A stretch of 64,000 nucleotides of DNA from Dehalococcoidales bacterium (lineage in GTDB: Bacteria > Chloroflexota > Dehalococcoidia > Dehalococcoidales > G020351185): the NCBI GenBank assembly GCA_963674855.2, contig CAXXST010000002.1:558887-622886 (forward strand), given 5' to 3'. Each line of letters begins with the position of its first letter. The stretch's first letter is position 1. Made by a program: the position numbers and the translations under genes. Positions 36,224-45,437 of the stretch are shown here, in pieces. A model generated the notes under the pieces. That model saw nothing but the letters and a program-made list of their open reading frames with translations. It was not told the origin of the DNA and did not search any database.

Positions 36224-36354
36224 TAAATCAACAGAAAACCCGCCTTGATACACAAACCGGCAACTTATTGAAACAGTAAGACGCAAGGCGGATTCCACAG
36301 CGCAAAGAAGCGGATATGGGGGTAAAATAATCCCCGAACTTCAAAAAAAACCTC

Positions 36355-36383
36355 TTGACACAATATGCCTGTGAAACTACACT
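36355..36383 (+). promoter_or_regulatory. Sigma70-like promoter candidate
   Basis: TTGACA, 17 nt, TACACT. The track start codon at 36365 lies inside the spacer, which argues for the downstream start at 36413. Confidence 0.5.
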
Positions 36384-36412
36384 ATGGAAAGCCTTATACG
36401 AGGTATAAAGTT

Positions 36413-36829
36413 ATGATATGTCCTGCCTGTAACAGCGATATGATAGATATAGAATACGAGCGCATTGAACTTGATTATTGCCTGAAGTGCCACGGCGTCT
36501 GGTTTGATGCTAATGAACTGGAATTGCTGTTTGAAAAGATGGGCGCAGGGGAAAACGGGCTGACGCTGGATGATGTGCTGTGTCTGAATGAAACAGGAAC
36601 AAAGGAAAAGGGGAGAAAATGCCCCATTTGCGGCAGGAAAATGAAAAAGACTGCCACCGGAAAAGGGAATGGGGTAATGATTGATGAATGCACACAGGGA
36701 GATGGGTTGTGGTTTGACGGCGGCGAAGTGGGGCAGCTTTTAAAACATGTAAAGAGACCTTCGGTGGAAACAGAATCCCAGAAAAAGGTGTTAGAGTTTT
36801 TGGGGGAAGTATTTAAAGCCGAAGAATAA
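36413..36829 (+). CDS. Double zinc-ribbon protein (TFIIB-type zinc-finger domains)
   Basis: Two copies of CPxC..(15-20 aa)..CxxCxGxWFD (CPACNSD..CLKCHGVWFDANELE and CPICGRK..CTQGDGLWFDGGEV). GAGGT lies 8 nt before the ATG at 36413. Confidence 0.65.
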   Translation: MICPACNSDMIDIEYERIELDYCLKCHGVWFDANELELLFEKMGAGENGLTLDDVLCLNETGTKEKGRKCPICGRKMKKTATGKGNGVMIDECTQGDGLWFDGGEVGQLLKHVKRPSVETESQKKVLEFLGEVFKAEE

Positions 36830-36864
36830 TATAGAAAGAGAATTAACAAAAACGGAGGTAAACT

Positions 36865-37440
36865 ATGTCAGGAGCGATGATAGCACTGTGGGTAATTCTG
36901 GGAATAATCGGTGTTTTTCTGGTGGCGTTTATAGTCATATATAATGGGCTGGTCAGGCTGCGTAATCAGGTTAAAAACGCTTGGTCGCAGATAGACGTTC
37001 AGCTTAAAAGGCGCTATGACCTTATCCCTAACCTGATGGAAACCGTCAAGGGGTATATGAAGCATGAGCGCGAGACACTGGAATCTGTAACCAATGCCCG
37101 CAATATGGCGCAGCAGCTTTCGGGCGGCAGCGTTGGCGCCCGTTCCAAGGCGGAAGGGGAATTGGGTTCCGCGCTGGGCAGGTTGCTGGCGGTGGTGGAA
37201 AACTATCCGGACCTTAAGGCCAACCAGAACTTTCTGGCGTTACAGGAAGAGCTTACATCCACTGAAAACAAGATAAGTTTTTCGCGCCAGTTCTATAACG
37301 ACTCGGTGCTGCGGCTTAACAACCAGACACAGATATTCCCATCAAATATAGTAGCCGGTATGACGGGTTTCAAGGCAGAGGAGTTCTTTGAGGTCAGCGC
37401 CGCCGAAGAGAGAAAAGCGCCCAAGGTGAATTTCTCTTAA
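36865..37440 (+). CDS. lemA: LemA family protein
   Basis: N-terminal transmembrane helix followed by NGLVRLRNQVKNAWSQIDVQLKRRYDLIPNLMETVKGY..ENYPDLKAN. Confidence 0.85.
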   Translation: MSGAMIALWVILGIIGVFLVAFIVIYNGLVRLRNQVKNAWSQIDVQLKRRYDLIPNLMETVKGYMKHERETLESVTNARNMAQQLSGGSVGARSKAEGELGSALGRLLAVVENYPDLKANQNFLALQEELTSTENKISFSRQFYNDSVLRLNNQTQIFPSNIVAGMTGFKAEEFFEVSAAEERKAPKVNFS

Positions 37441-37459
37441 CCGGGGGAAATAAGAGTTT

Positions 37460-38665
37460 ATGTGGGAACAGATAAGATCCAACCGCATAAGGACGGTGGG
37501 GTTGGTGGTTGGGATGGGTTTGCTGCTGCTGATCCTGGGGTATTTTCTGGGGCTGGCTTTTACGGAAAGCGGCATCGCCGGGCTGGTAATCGCATTGGTG
37601 ATATGGGTAGTGATGAGCCTGGTGGGGTATTTCCAGGGAGACAGTATCCTGCTGGCGACGGCGGGGGCAAAGAAGATAAAACGGTCAGACCACCAGCGCC
37701 TCTACAATATAGTAGAGGAAATGACAATCGCCTCCGGGTTGCCGAAAATGCCGGATGTTTACATAATAGATGACCCGGCGTTGAACGCTTTTGCCACCGG
37801 CAGAAATCCGGAAAAGGCGGCGGTGATTATAACCTCCGGGCTGCTGCAAAAACTCAACAGGGATGAGCTTCAGGGAGTAATTGCCCACGAGATGGCGCAT
37901 ATAAAGAACAAGGATGTGCTGTTGATGGCGATGACCAGTGTATTGCTGGGAACAATTGTTATACTGGCGTGGTATGGCTCACGGATGATGATTTTCGGTG
38001 GTGGTGGCAGGTCCCGCCGCGATTCTTCGGGCGGCGGCGGAGGACAGGCTATAATAATGGTGATTGCTCTTGTATTGGCAATACTGGCGCCACTGCTTGC
38101 CAATATGATTTATTTCGCCATATCAAGAAAACGTGAATACCTGGCAGACGCCTGCGGCGCTTCATATACCCGTTACCCGGAGGGCTTGGCTTCGGCGCTG
38201 GAAAAACTGGGAGCTTCCACCGGGCAGCTTAAATCTGCCAACCAGGCGACGGCGCCGATGTATATAACCAATCCCTTTCGCAAAAAGGGAAGGGCGGCAT
38301 CTGACCTTTCCAGCACCCACCCACCCATTTCAGAAAGAATACGTATTCTGCGTTCTATGGGTGGAGGCACGTCATTTGCTGATTACGATACAGCATATAA
38401 GCAGGTTCATGGCGGCAAGGGCGGCGTTATACCGGCTTCGGCAATGGGGCTGGCTGGGGCGACATCACAGGCGGTAACTCCGCCGAAAAGAACGCCAGAG
38501 CCGGATAAGATAACCCGCACCCGCGAAACGTCTGACTTAATGTGGAAGATGGGCAACTATAAAGAAATAGACTGCGATTGCGGCGCCAAGCTGCGCGTGC
38601 CGCCAGGCTTTAAAGAGACAAGCATAAAATGCCCCCACTGCGGCAGAGTTCACAAGGTTAAATAG
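37460..38665 (+). CDS. M48-family (HtpX-like) zinc metalloprotease with C-terminal zinc ribbon
   Basis: HEMAHIKNKD (HExxH), transmembrane helices, a Gly-rich insert GGGGRSRRDSSGGGGGQ, and a C-terminal CDCGAKLRVP..CPHCGRVH. Confidence 0.8.
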   Translation: MWEQIRSNRIRTVGLVVGMGLLLLILGYFLGLAFTESGIAGLVIALVIWVVMSLVGYFQGDSILLATAGAKKIKRSDHQRLYNIVEEMTIASGLPKMPDVYIIDDPALNAFATGRNPEKAAVIITSGLLQKLNRDELQGVIAHEMAHIKNKDVLLMAMTSVLLGTIVILAWYGSRMMIFGGGGRSRRDSSGGGGGQAIIMVIALVLAILAPLLANMIYFAISRKREYLADACGASYTRYPEGLASALEKLGASTGQLKSANQATAPMYITNPFRKKGRAASDLSSTHPPISERIRILRSMGGGTSFADYDTAYKQVHGGKGGVIPASAMGLAGATSQAVTPPKRTPEPDKITRTRETSDLMWKMGNYKEIDCDCGAKLRVPPGFKETSIKCPHCGRVHKVK

Positions 38666-38677
38666 CCTTCCTGTATT

Positions 38678-40120
38678 ATGAATAAAAAGCCGCCCTTTCC
38701 GCTTATAGAAGAGATAGACATAGCCCTTTCGCCGCCGGAAGTCTTTGAAATATACAAGGAACGGCGGCACAGCTTTTTTCTGGACGGCGGTATGGACCCG
38801 CATCGGCTGGGGCGTTATTCATTTATCGGCGGAAGCCCCTTTCTGGTAATGAAATCTCGCGGTGATGACATAACCCTCAGCGGCATTCATAAAAGACAAA
38901 ATATAAAGGGCAACCCCTTTGATATTCTGGCGATACTGCTGGATATGTACAAAATGGAAAGCCATGATTTGCCGGTGCCGTTTAGTGGCGGGGCGGTGGG
39001 TTATCTGAGCTATGACCTGTGCCATTTCATTGAAAAACTGCCAAAAAATGCCGTAGATGACCTTGAGATGCCTGAATGTTACCTGGGATTTTATGATGCT
39101 GTTATAGCCTTTGATAACATGCTGGCTAAAACCTATATAATATCCACAGGATTTCCGGAGACCGATGAGCGTTGCCGCATGGAGAGGGCGAAAAAGCGAA
39201 TGGCGGTGATAAAGAGGGATTTGAAAAACGCAAAGAGAGATGGCGTGGATGGGGAGGCGGAGGAAACAATGACGGCAGAAGGCAAGGTAGAATTAAAGAC
39301 CGGCTTCAGTCAAAAACAGTATATTGAGGCGGTGGAAAAAGCGCGTCAATATATAATAGAAGGGGATATATTTGAGGTAAACCTGTCGCAGCGCTTTGAA
39401 GCAGAACTTGACATAAAGCCATACGAGTTGTATAGGAGACTGAGGCAGATAAACCCGGCGCCGTTTGCCGCTTACCTGAACTTCAGCGGCATATCTGTTG
39501 TAAGCGCATCTCCGGAGAGGTTTATCCGCAAGCGGGGGGATGATGTGGAAACAAGACCCATAAAAGGCACGCGTCCTCGTGGTGATAATCCGCAGCAGGA
39601 CGAAGCGCTGGCAGGCGAACTCCTTAAAAGTCCCAAGGACAGGGCAGAGAACATAATGATAGTAGATTTGGAGCGTAACGATCTGGGAAGGGTTTGCCGC
39701 TATGGATCTGTAAAAGTAACCGAACTGGCTATCCTTGAAGTGTACCCGACGGTTTTTCACCTGACGTCAACGGTAGTGGGGGAGCTGAACGAGGGTAAAG
39801 GAGTTGTTGACCTGATTAAAGCCACTTTCCCCGGCGGCTCTATAACCGGCGCGCCCAAGGTGAGGGCAATGGAGATTATAGACGAATTGGAGCCGACACG
39901 CCGCAGCGCCTATACGGGATGCATCGGCTACATCGGCTTTAACGGAGATATAGACCTGAATATTGCCATACGTACGATAATAGTAAAAGGCAAAAAGGCT
40001 TATTTTCAAGCGGGCGGTGCCGTAGTATACGATTCAGACCCCGAAACCGAATATCAGGAAACGATGCATAAAGCAAGGGCGATGATAGAAAGTCTTAATG
40101 CGGCAGCGGGTGAAAGTTAG
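38678..40120 (+). CDS. pabB: Aminodeoxychorismate synthase component I (chorismate-binding enzyme)
   Basis: Chorismate-binding motifs (SPERFIR, TRPIKGTRPRG, DRAENIMIVDLERND, PGGSITGAPK). Followed by an amidotransferase and a class IV aminotransferase. Confidence 0.8.
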   Translation: MNKKPPFPLIEEIDIALSPPEVFEIYKERRHSFFLDGGMDPHRLGRYSFIGGSPFLVMKSRGDDITLSGIHKRQNIKGNPFDILAILLDMYKMESHDLPVPFSGGAVGYLSYDLCHFIEKLPKNAVDDLEMPECYLGFYDAVIAFDNMLAKTYIISTGFPETDERCRMERAKKRMAVIKRDLKNAKRDGVDGEAEETMTAEGKVELKTGFSQKQYIEAVEKARQYIIEGDIFEVNLSQRFEAELDIKPYELYRRLRQINPAPFAAYLNFSGISVVSASPERFIRKRGDDVETRPIKGTRPRGDNPQQDEALAGELLKSPKDRAENIMIVDLERNDLGRVCRYGSVKVTELAILEVYPTVFHLTSTVVGELNEGKGVVDLIKATFPGGSITGAPKVRAMEIIDELEPTRRSAYTGCIGYIGFNGDIDLNIAIRTIIVKGKKAYFQAGGAVVYDSDPETEYQETMHKARAMIESLNAAAGES

Positions 40121-40123
40121 GTT

Positions 40124-40711
40124 ATGGTAATTGTAATAGACAACTACGATTCTTTTGTCTATAACATCGCCCAGTATATTGGTGAACTGGGCTGGCAGCC
40201 GCTTGTCTGCCGCAACGACAGCCTGACGCTGGAAGATATAGAAAGAAAAGAACCTTCGCATATAATAATATCGCCGGGACCCTGCACACCGCTGGAAGCT
40301 GGCATCTCAAACGATGTTATCCGCCATTTCGCCGGAAAGATCCCCATTTTGGGTGTATGCCTGGGGCATCAGTGCATCGGCTATGTTTATGGTGGGAAAA
40401 TTGTGACGGCGGCAATGCCGAAACACGGCAAGTATTCGCTTGTATACCACGACGGCAAAACGGTATATAAAGGCTTGCCAAATCCGTTAAAAGCGGGGCG
40501 TTACCATTCGCTGGTTATACAAAAAGACAGCCTGCCGGAAGAACTTGAACTGAGCGCTTATACCAGCGAAGGTGTTATTATGGGGGTGCGGCATCGCCAA
40601 TATGTCGTTGAGGGGGTGCAGTTTCACCCTGAATCAATAATGACGGATACGGGGCATGATGTGCTGGCGAACTTCCTGAATAATATGCGCGCAAACAGGA
40701 AAAAGGATTAA
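40124..40711 (+). CDS. pabA: Glutamine amidotransferase component II (PabA/TrpG type)
   Basis: VIDNYDSFVYN..ISPGPC..GVCLGHQ..VQFHPES triad motifs. Confidence 0.85.
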   Translation: MVIVIDNYDSFVYNIAQYIGELGWQPLVCRNDSLTLEDIERKEPSHIIISPGPCTPLEAGISNDVIRHFAGKIPILGVCLGHQCIGYVYGGKIVTAAMPKHGKYSLVYHDGKTVYKGLPNPLKAGRYHSLVIQKDSLPEELELSAYTSEGVIMGVRHRQYVVEGVQFHPESIMTDTGHDVLANFLNNMRANRKKD

Positions 40712-40715
40712 CTAA

Positions 40716-41585
40716 ATGGATGATATTGTCTATCTGAACGGCGAACCTGTCAGGCGCAGCGAGGCAAAAATATCGGCGCTTGACTACGGCTTTTTATATG
40801 GCTTTGGTTTGTTTGAAACAATGCGCGCTTATAATGGAATTGTGTTCAGGCTGAATGGGCATATGGAACGGCTTGAAGAGGCGGCGGAATTGCTTGATAT
40901 CCCCGTAAACGGGGTGGAGATAAAAAAGGCGATATTGGAAACAATCAGGGCTAACGAACTGGCGGACGCCCGTGTGCGGCTGGCGCTTTCACCGGGGGAG
41001 GGTGCTATAAACGCAGACCTGAAGAGCTGCCGGCAGCCCACTGTATTTATAGTTACCGAAGAATACAAACCTTATCCGCAAACGATATACGCAAGAGGAT
41101 TCAGGGCGGTAGTTTCAAAAATGCGGCGCAACAGCATGTCTTTTATATCGGGGTTAAAGACAACCAGCTATTTACAGAACGTGCTGGCAAAACAGGAGGC
41201 TAAGGGTGACGGCGCGGATGAAACCATTTGCCTTAATGAAAATGGCTTGCTGGCGGAAGCCAGCATGAGCAATATTTTTCTGGTGGAAGGCGGTGAGATG
41301 AAAACACCTCGGAAAGAGAACGGCATTTTGCCCGGAATCACGAGGCAGGCGGTGATGGAGATGGCTTTTACAATGGGGGTTAAATGCAGCGAATGTGATT
41401 TGAAGCCGGGCGAGCTTTACCGGGCACAGGAAGCATTTCTGACGAATTCGCTTATGGAAATAATGCCGCTTACAATGGTAAATGGCAAAAATATAGGCAA
41501 TGGTGAGCCGGGAGAGTTAACCCGGAGGCTTATGATTACCTATAAAGAAACGGTTATCCGTGAAAACAGGGGCAATGCGGATTAA
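40716..41585 (+). CDS. pabC: Class IV aminotransferase, aminodeoxychorismate lyase candidate
   Basis: YGFGLFETMRAYNG, NIFLVEGGEMKTP and GILPGITR. Position after pabBA supports the call. Confidence 0.7.
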   Translation: MDDIVYLNGEPVRRSEAKISALDYGFLYGFGLFETMRAYNGIVFRLNGHMERLEEAAELLDIPVNGVEIKKAILETIRANELADARVRLALSPGEGAINADLKSCRQPTVFIVTEEYKPYPQTIYARGFRAVVSKMRRNSMSFISGLKTTSYLQNVLAKQEAKGDGADETICLNENGLLAEASMSNIFLVEGGEMKTPRKENGILPGITRQAVMEMAFTMGVKCSECDLKPGELYRAQEAFLTNSLMEIMPLTMVNGKNIGNGEPGELTRRLMITYKETVIRENRGNAD

Positions 41586-41594
41586 AAGTTACCT

Positions 41595-43109
41595 TTACTT
41601 TAAAGAAACCTGAATTTCATCGTTCTTGCCGGAAGCCTCTTCAACCTGAGACATGTCAAGCAGTATCTTTAAGAGAGGGGCTTGTTTCTTTATGGAGACG
41701 ATAATCTGCATGCCGCCATCCGATGCCCCGCCGACCATAACAAGGCTCAAGTCTTTTGTCTGGCGAAGCTGATTCTGAATATCCTTAAAATGGCTGGAAT
41801 TAACCGGCGGCTTTATTTGAATCTTGACCATACCCCCGAACATTTCATGGCTGGTCTTTAATGCGTTTTCATCAAGGTTATCTGGCTTTACGCTTTCCTG
41901 ACTGTTATCTAAAATTTCTATTTCAAAGGATTCTTCATACGATTCTTTAACATCAGTTTTAATATCAGTTTTAATTTTATCCTCGGCTTCACGTCTGGCT
42001 TTCTCTTTGGCTTCTATAGCTTCCTGCTTAGCCTTCTCCTTAGCCACCCTCTCCGCCTCTTTACGCGCCTTCTCCTCGGCAATCTTTGCCTCCCTGGCTT
42101 CCTCGGCTTCACGTCTGGCTTTCTCTTTGGCTTCTATAGCTTCCTGCTTAGCCTTCTCCTTAGCAACCCTCTCCGCCTCTTTACGCGCCTTCTCCTCGGC
42201 AATCTTTGCCTCTCTGGCTTCCTCGGCTTCGCGTCTGGCTTTCTCTTTAGCTTCTATAGCTTCCTGCTTAGCCTTTTCCTTAGCCACCCTCTCTGCCTCT
42301 TTACGCGCCTTCTCCTCGGCAATCTTTGCCTCTCTGGCTTCCTCGGCTTCACGTCTGGCTTTCTCTTTGGCTTCTATAGCTTCCTGCTTAGCCTTTTCCT
42401 TAGCCACCCTCTCCGCCTCTTTACGCGCCTTCTCCTCGGCAATCTTTGCCTCTCTGGCTTCCTCGGCTTCACGTCTGGCTTTCTCTTTAGCTTCTATAGC
42501 TTCCTGCTTAGCCTTTTCCTTAGCCACCCTCTCTGCCTCTTTACGCGCCTTCTCCTCGGCAATCTTTGCCTCTCTGGCTTCCTCGGCTTCACGTCTGGCT
42601 TTCTCTTTGGCTTCTATAGCTTCCTGCTTAGCCTTTTCCTTAGCCACCCTCTCCGCCTCTTTACGCGCCTTCTCCTCGGCAATCTTTGCCTCTCTGGCTT
42701 CCTCGGCTTCACGTCTGGCTTTCTCTTTGGCTTCTATAGCTTCCTGCTTAGCCTTTTCCTTAGCCACCCTCTCCGCCTCTTTACGCGCCTTCTCCTCGGC
42801 AATCTTTGCCTCCCTGGCTGCTTCCACTTCTCGCCTGGCCCTCTCTTTAGCTTTTATGATATCCTGTTTAGCTTTCTCATTAGCTGCCTTTTTAGCATCT
42901 TTAAGTGCTTTTTCTGCGGCTTTTCTGGCTTCCCTGGCTTCAGATTTAGACATTGGGACAGGAACCTTATCTGCCGCTTTATTTTTCTTTCTATCCATTT
43001 CCCTAGATTCGCGAATAGCCCTGTCACGAATCTCTTTTGCCTGGCGGACAGCTCCGGTATCAGAAGTGTCGTTATCGGCATTTTTATTTATAAGATTATC
43101 ATCTTCCAA
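41595..43109 (-). CDS. K/E/A-rich coiled-coil repeat protein with distinct C-terminal ~120-aa domain
   Basis: 504 aa. Eight 40-aa repeats (EKAKQEAIEAKEKARREAEEAREAKIAEEKARKEAERVAK), no signal peptide, non-repetitive C-terminus. Confidence 0.7.
   Translation of the reverse strand: MEDDNLINKNADNDTSDTGAVRQAKEIRDRAIRESREMDRKKNKAADKVPVPMSKSEAREARKAAEKALKDAKKAANEKAKQDIIKAKERARREVEAAREAKIAEEKARKEAERVAKEKAKQEAIEAKEKARREAEEAREAKIAEEKARKEAERVAKEKAKQEAIEAKEKARREAEEAREAKIAEEKARKEAERVAKEKAKQEAIEAKEKARREAEEAREAKIAEEKARKEAERVAKEKAKQEAIEAKEKARREAEEAREAKIAEEKARKEAERVAKEKAKQEAIEAKEKARREAEEAREAKIAEEKARKEAERVAKEKAKQEAIEAKEKARREAEEAREAKIAEEKARKEAERVAKEKAKQEAIEAKEKARREAEDKIKTDIKTDVKESYEESFEIEILDNSQESVKPDNLDENALKTSHEMFGGMVKIQIKPPVNSSHFKDIQNQLRQTKDLSLVMVGGASDGGMQIIVSIKKQAPLLKILLDMSQVEEASGKNDEIQVSLK
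41981..42940. repeat. Tandem repeat, 120-bp unit x ~8 (seven near-identical, one diverged)
   Basis: cctcggcttc(a/g)cgtctggct recurs at 41981, 42101, 42221, 42341, 42461, 42581 and 42701. A diverged copy follows from 42821. Confidence 0.9.
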
Positions 43110-43324
43110 GATAATTTCCCCCGATATAGCAATTAAAATTAACAGTACCTATCGGCTGTGGTTGCCGAAATGTACTAAAAGAGACAAACAGTACGTAGTT
43201 ATAGGAGATAGAATAAAGCTATAGTAGTATAGCATAGTTGGCAATGGTGTCAATTATAAAAAAGGCAGAAATATGTAGAACAAATGAATGAAAAAAGGGC
43301 GTTTACGCTTATCCGGCGGATGTG

Positions 43325-44317
43325 CTATTCAATAATATTATCTATTACGTCCTGATAGCCGCTTTCCAGCAAGGCTATTGCCTGCAACAGAATTGGTTTA
43401 AGCGAATCCGGCGCTTCATCCAGCAAGCTGCGCAGCCTGGCTGAATTGCTGTTGCCGTTTTCAAACATCAGATTCAGGAATTCGGTTACATCTTCAACTT
43501 CGCCACCTTCGGCTGTTGCGAAGTCGCCCAGAGATACATAAGGCGGCGGGCTGCCGACGATAACATCCGGCGGAATTGGTGTTGTTGGTGTTGGGGTTAT
43601 AGGGTCAGGCCTCTCCCCAGTTACTATTGGAGGCGGGAGTTTTACCGTGCCGCCGGCAATTGTTGTTACGCATAAATCATATTGTTCAGTTGCATTAGAT
43701 ACTGTTTTTTGAGCGTCCTCACTGGTAGAAATAGATTCCCATTTATGTTCCGATGTAAGGTCGCCTATCATAACCAGTTGTTCGCCTAATCGGTTTGTGG
43801 CGGCTTCGGCAAGTTCTGCATTGCCAGCTTCCGCCATGTGTATAATCTCTTCCACGCGCCTGTCTGAGAATTGTGAATACAGCTTTGCCTTGCCGATATC
43901 TGAAAAAGTGAGGTTTATCCGCACTTGCTCTACCGCCAGCTTGACGGAATAGAGGGGGCTGTCCGGCATACTGGAAGAGGCGGCGGCTACAAGGCTGCCG
44001 CTTGCGATAACCATAACCAGAACGGCGGTTAAAGCTGTTGTCGCAAAACGGAAACGCCGCAGCAGGAAGGGGCGCTTTTTGGCAGTAAAGGTATCGTTGA
44101 GTTCAGTATAAAACTGGTTTCTGGCCCTGGCTTTGAATTCAGGGCGCGGTATAAGGCTGTCGCCAGTTTGCTTGGCGCTCAAAGCGGTTATCAGCAGGGG
44201 TTTAAGCTCATCGGCGTGCTGAGGATATGCGGCAAGGCAGTTTTCTATAGACTCGCCGTTAAAAAGCAGCCTTTGCAGGCAGTCTTCAAAAATGTCTTTA
44301 ATTTCTTTTTCAGCCAT
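43325..44317 (-). CDS. Putative membrane-anchored anti-sigma factor
   Basis: Start overlaps the sigma-factor stop (TAATG). Single transmembrane helix (ATTALTAVLVMVIASGSLVAAA), a helical extracytoplasmic domain and a Pro-rich stretch. Confidence 0.5.
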   Translation of the reverse strand: MAEKEIKDIFEDCLQRLLFNGESIENCLAAYPQHADELKPLLITALSAKQTGDSLIPRPEFKARARNQFYTELNDTFTAKKRPFLLRRFRFATTALTAVLVMVIASGSLVAAASSSMPDSPLYSVKLAVEQVRINLTFSDIGKAKLYSQFSDRRVEEIIHMAEAGNAELAEAATNRLGEQLVMIGDLTSEHKWESISTSEDAQKTVSNATEQYDLCVTTIAGGTVKLPPPIVTGERPDPITPTPTTPIPPDVIVGSPPPYVSLGDFATAEGGEVEDVTEFLNLMFENGNSNSARLRSLLDEAPDSLKPILLQAIALLESGYQDVIDNIIE

Positions 44318-44856
44318 TATGCTTCACCGCAAACCATTATTTTTCTAAGCGCCAGAATGGCGCTGTGCTGAAGGGCTTTTACAGCCCCCTCGCTTTTACC
44401 CATAATCCTGGCAACCTGGGCGATGGGCAGTTCTCCATTGAAACGCAGCAGGATAACCTCCTGTTGCGCCGCCGTCAGTTCTTTGGTAGCTATCATAAGC
44501 TGTTCAATGTCCATCTTTTTTTCAGTTGTGCTGTGCGGATTATCACCGGAAGCCATAAAAGACTCGTTCAGTGTAATAGCCGGTTGCCGCGTCTTTTTTC
44601 TCAGGTAATCCACCACCTGGTTATGGGCTATGCGAAACAGCCAGGCGGAAAATGGCGAACCTTTCCATTTATACGAAGAAATGGAGTGAAGGGCTTTAAC
44701 AAAGACCTGTTGTGTCATATCTTCAGCCTCAACTCTATTCCCTATTTTAAGGGCAATATAACGATAGATTTTATCGAAATACTCCTCATATAATTCGGCA
44801 AATGCCTCCTGGTCGTGCTGCTGAGCGCGCTGCACAAGGCTCTGCTCATCTTGCAC
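44317..44856 (-). CDS. ECF-type RNA polymerase sigma-70 factor
   Basis: Region 2 (FAELYEEYFDKIYRYIA..DMTQQVFVKA..FSAWLFRIAHNQVVDYLRK) and region 4 (LTAAQQEVILLRF..IAQVARIMGKSEGAVKAL). Confidence 0.85.
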   Translation of the reverse strand: MQDEQSLVQRAQQHDQEAFAELYEEYFDKIYRYIALKIGNRVEAEDMTQQVFVKALHSISSYKWKGSPFSAWLFRIAHNQVVDYLRKKTRQPAITLNESFMASGDNPHSTTEKKMDIEQLMIATKELTAAQQEVILLRFNGELPIAQVARIMGKSEGAVKALQHSAILALRKIMVCGEA

Positions 44857-45173
44857 CCGACAACTCCCTGCCAGCCAAATATAAATATGGCTATGTCATT
44901 GTTGTTCAAAAAACTGGCAACCGATGTTACCACGTGCATAAATTATAACGAACGAAAGTCTAAAAAGATAGGTTTGTGAAATATAGATATTGTCTCAGAA
45001 TTGCGCAAAAATGACGCATTAAAGGAAAATGTAGGTAAGGATAGGATAATGCAGGACTATTTACCCATGACTATTTACCATAGAAATAGCCGCTTTAGGG
45101 GGTTGGATTATGAGCTTAAATAAGGTATAGTGCTAATCCGTGAGGAAAAGTTAGCTTTAATAAGGAAGGTAGC

Positions 45174-45392
45174 ATGGTAAGTTATAATGATCATATTGAT
45201 TCTATGCTAACGACAAGTGAGGTTGCCCGGATTCTCAGCGTTCATATCAATACGGTAAGGCGCTGGAGTAATCAGGGAATACTTAAATCGTATCGTATAG
45301 GTTCACGCGGTGACCGCAGATTCAGAAAAGAAGACATAGATAACTTTTTTTCGAAGGAAAGCAAGATTAAAGAAAAAAAGATTATCGACTAA
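45174..45392 (+). CDS. Excisionase/MerR-type helix-turn-helix protein
   Basis: LTTSEVARILSVHINTVRRWSNQGILKSYRIGSRGDRRFRKEDID. Confidence 0.65.
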   Translation: MVSYNDHIDSMLTTSEVARILSVHINTVRRWSNQGILKSYRIGSRGDRRFRKEDIDNFFSKESKIKEKKIID

Positions 45393-45437
45393 CACCCTTG
45401 AAAAATTAATAAACAAGAATGATGTGGAGGAGTAAAA

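Noticed and set aside
35503-36298. Minus-strand ORFs of 116, 67 and 180 aa
   Set aside because: They run across two promoter-like elements and two plus-strand small ORFs that have good RBS or charged helical composition. Their translations are low-complexity, Cys/Phe/Leu-rich strings with no start context.
41981-42940. Regular 120-bp repeat array considered as a possible CRISPR-like or satellite element
   Set aside because: The units are directly abutting with no unique spacers. They lie entirely in one long ORF in phase with codons, and no cas genes are present.
42007-43224. 405-aa plus-strand ORF rich in Ser/Ala/Leu with its own repeats
   Set aside because: It is the antisense shadow of the 120-bp repeat gene. 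The repeat has no stop codons in this frame, and the composition (ASLASSASRLAFSLASIASCLAFSLATLS..) is a mirror artefact. There is no RBS or start context.
45174-45392. Excisionase-type HTH protein as a marker of a prophage or integrative element
   Set aside because: No integrase, recombinase, tRNA attachment site, flanking direct repeats or phage/conjugation genes lie nearby. The same HTH type also heads the heme operon, so it looks like an ordinary regulator family in this genome.
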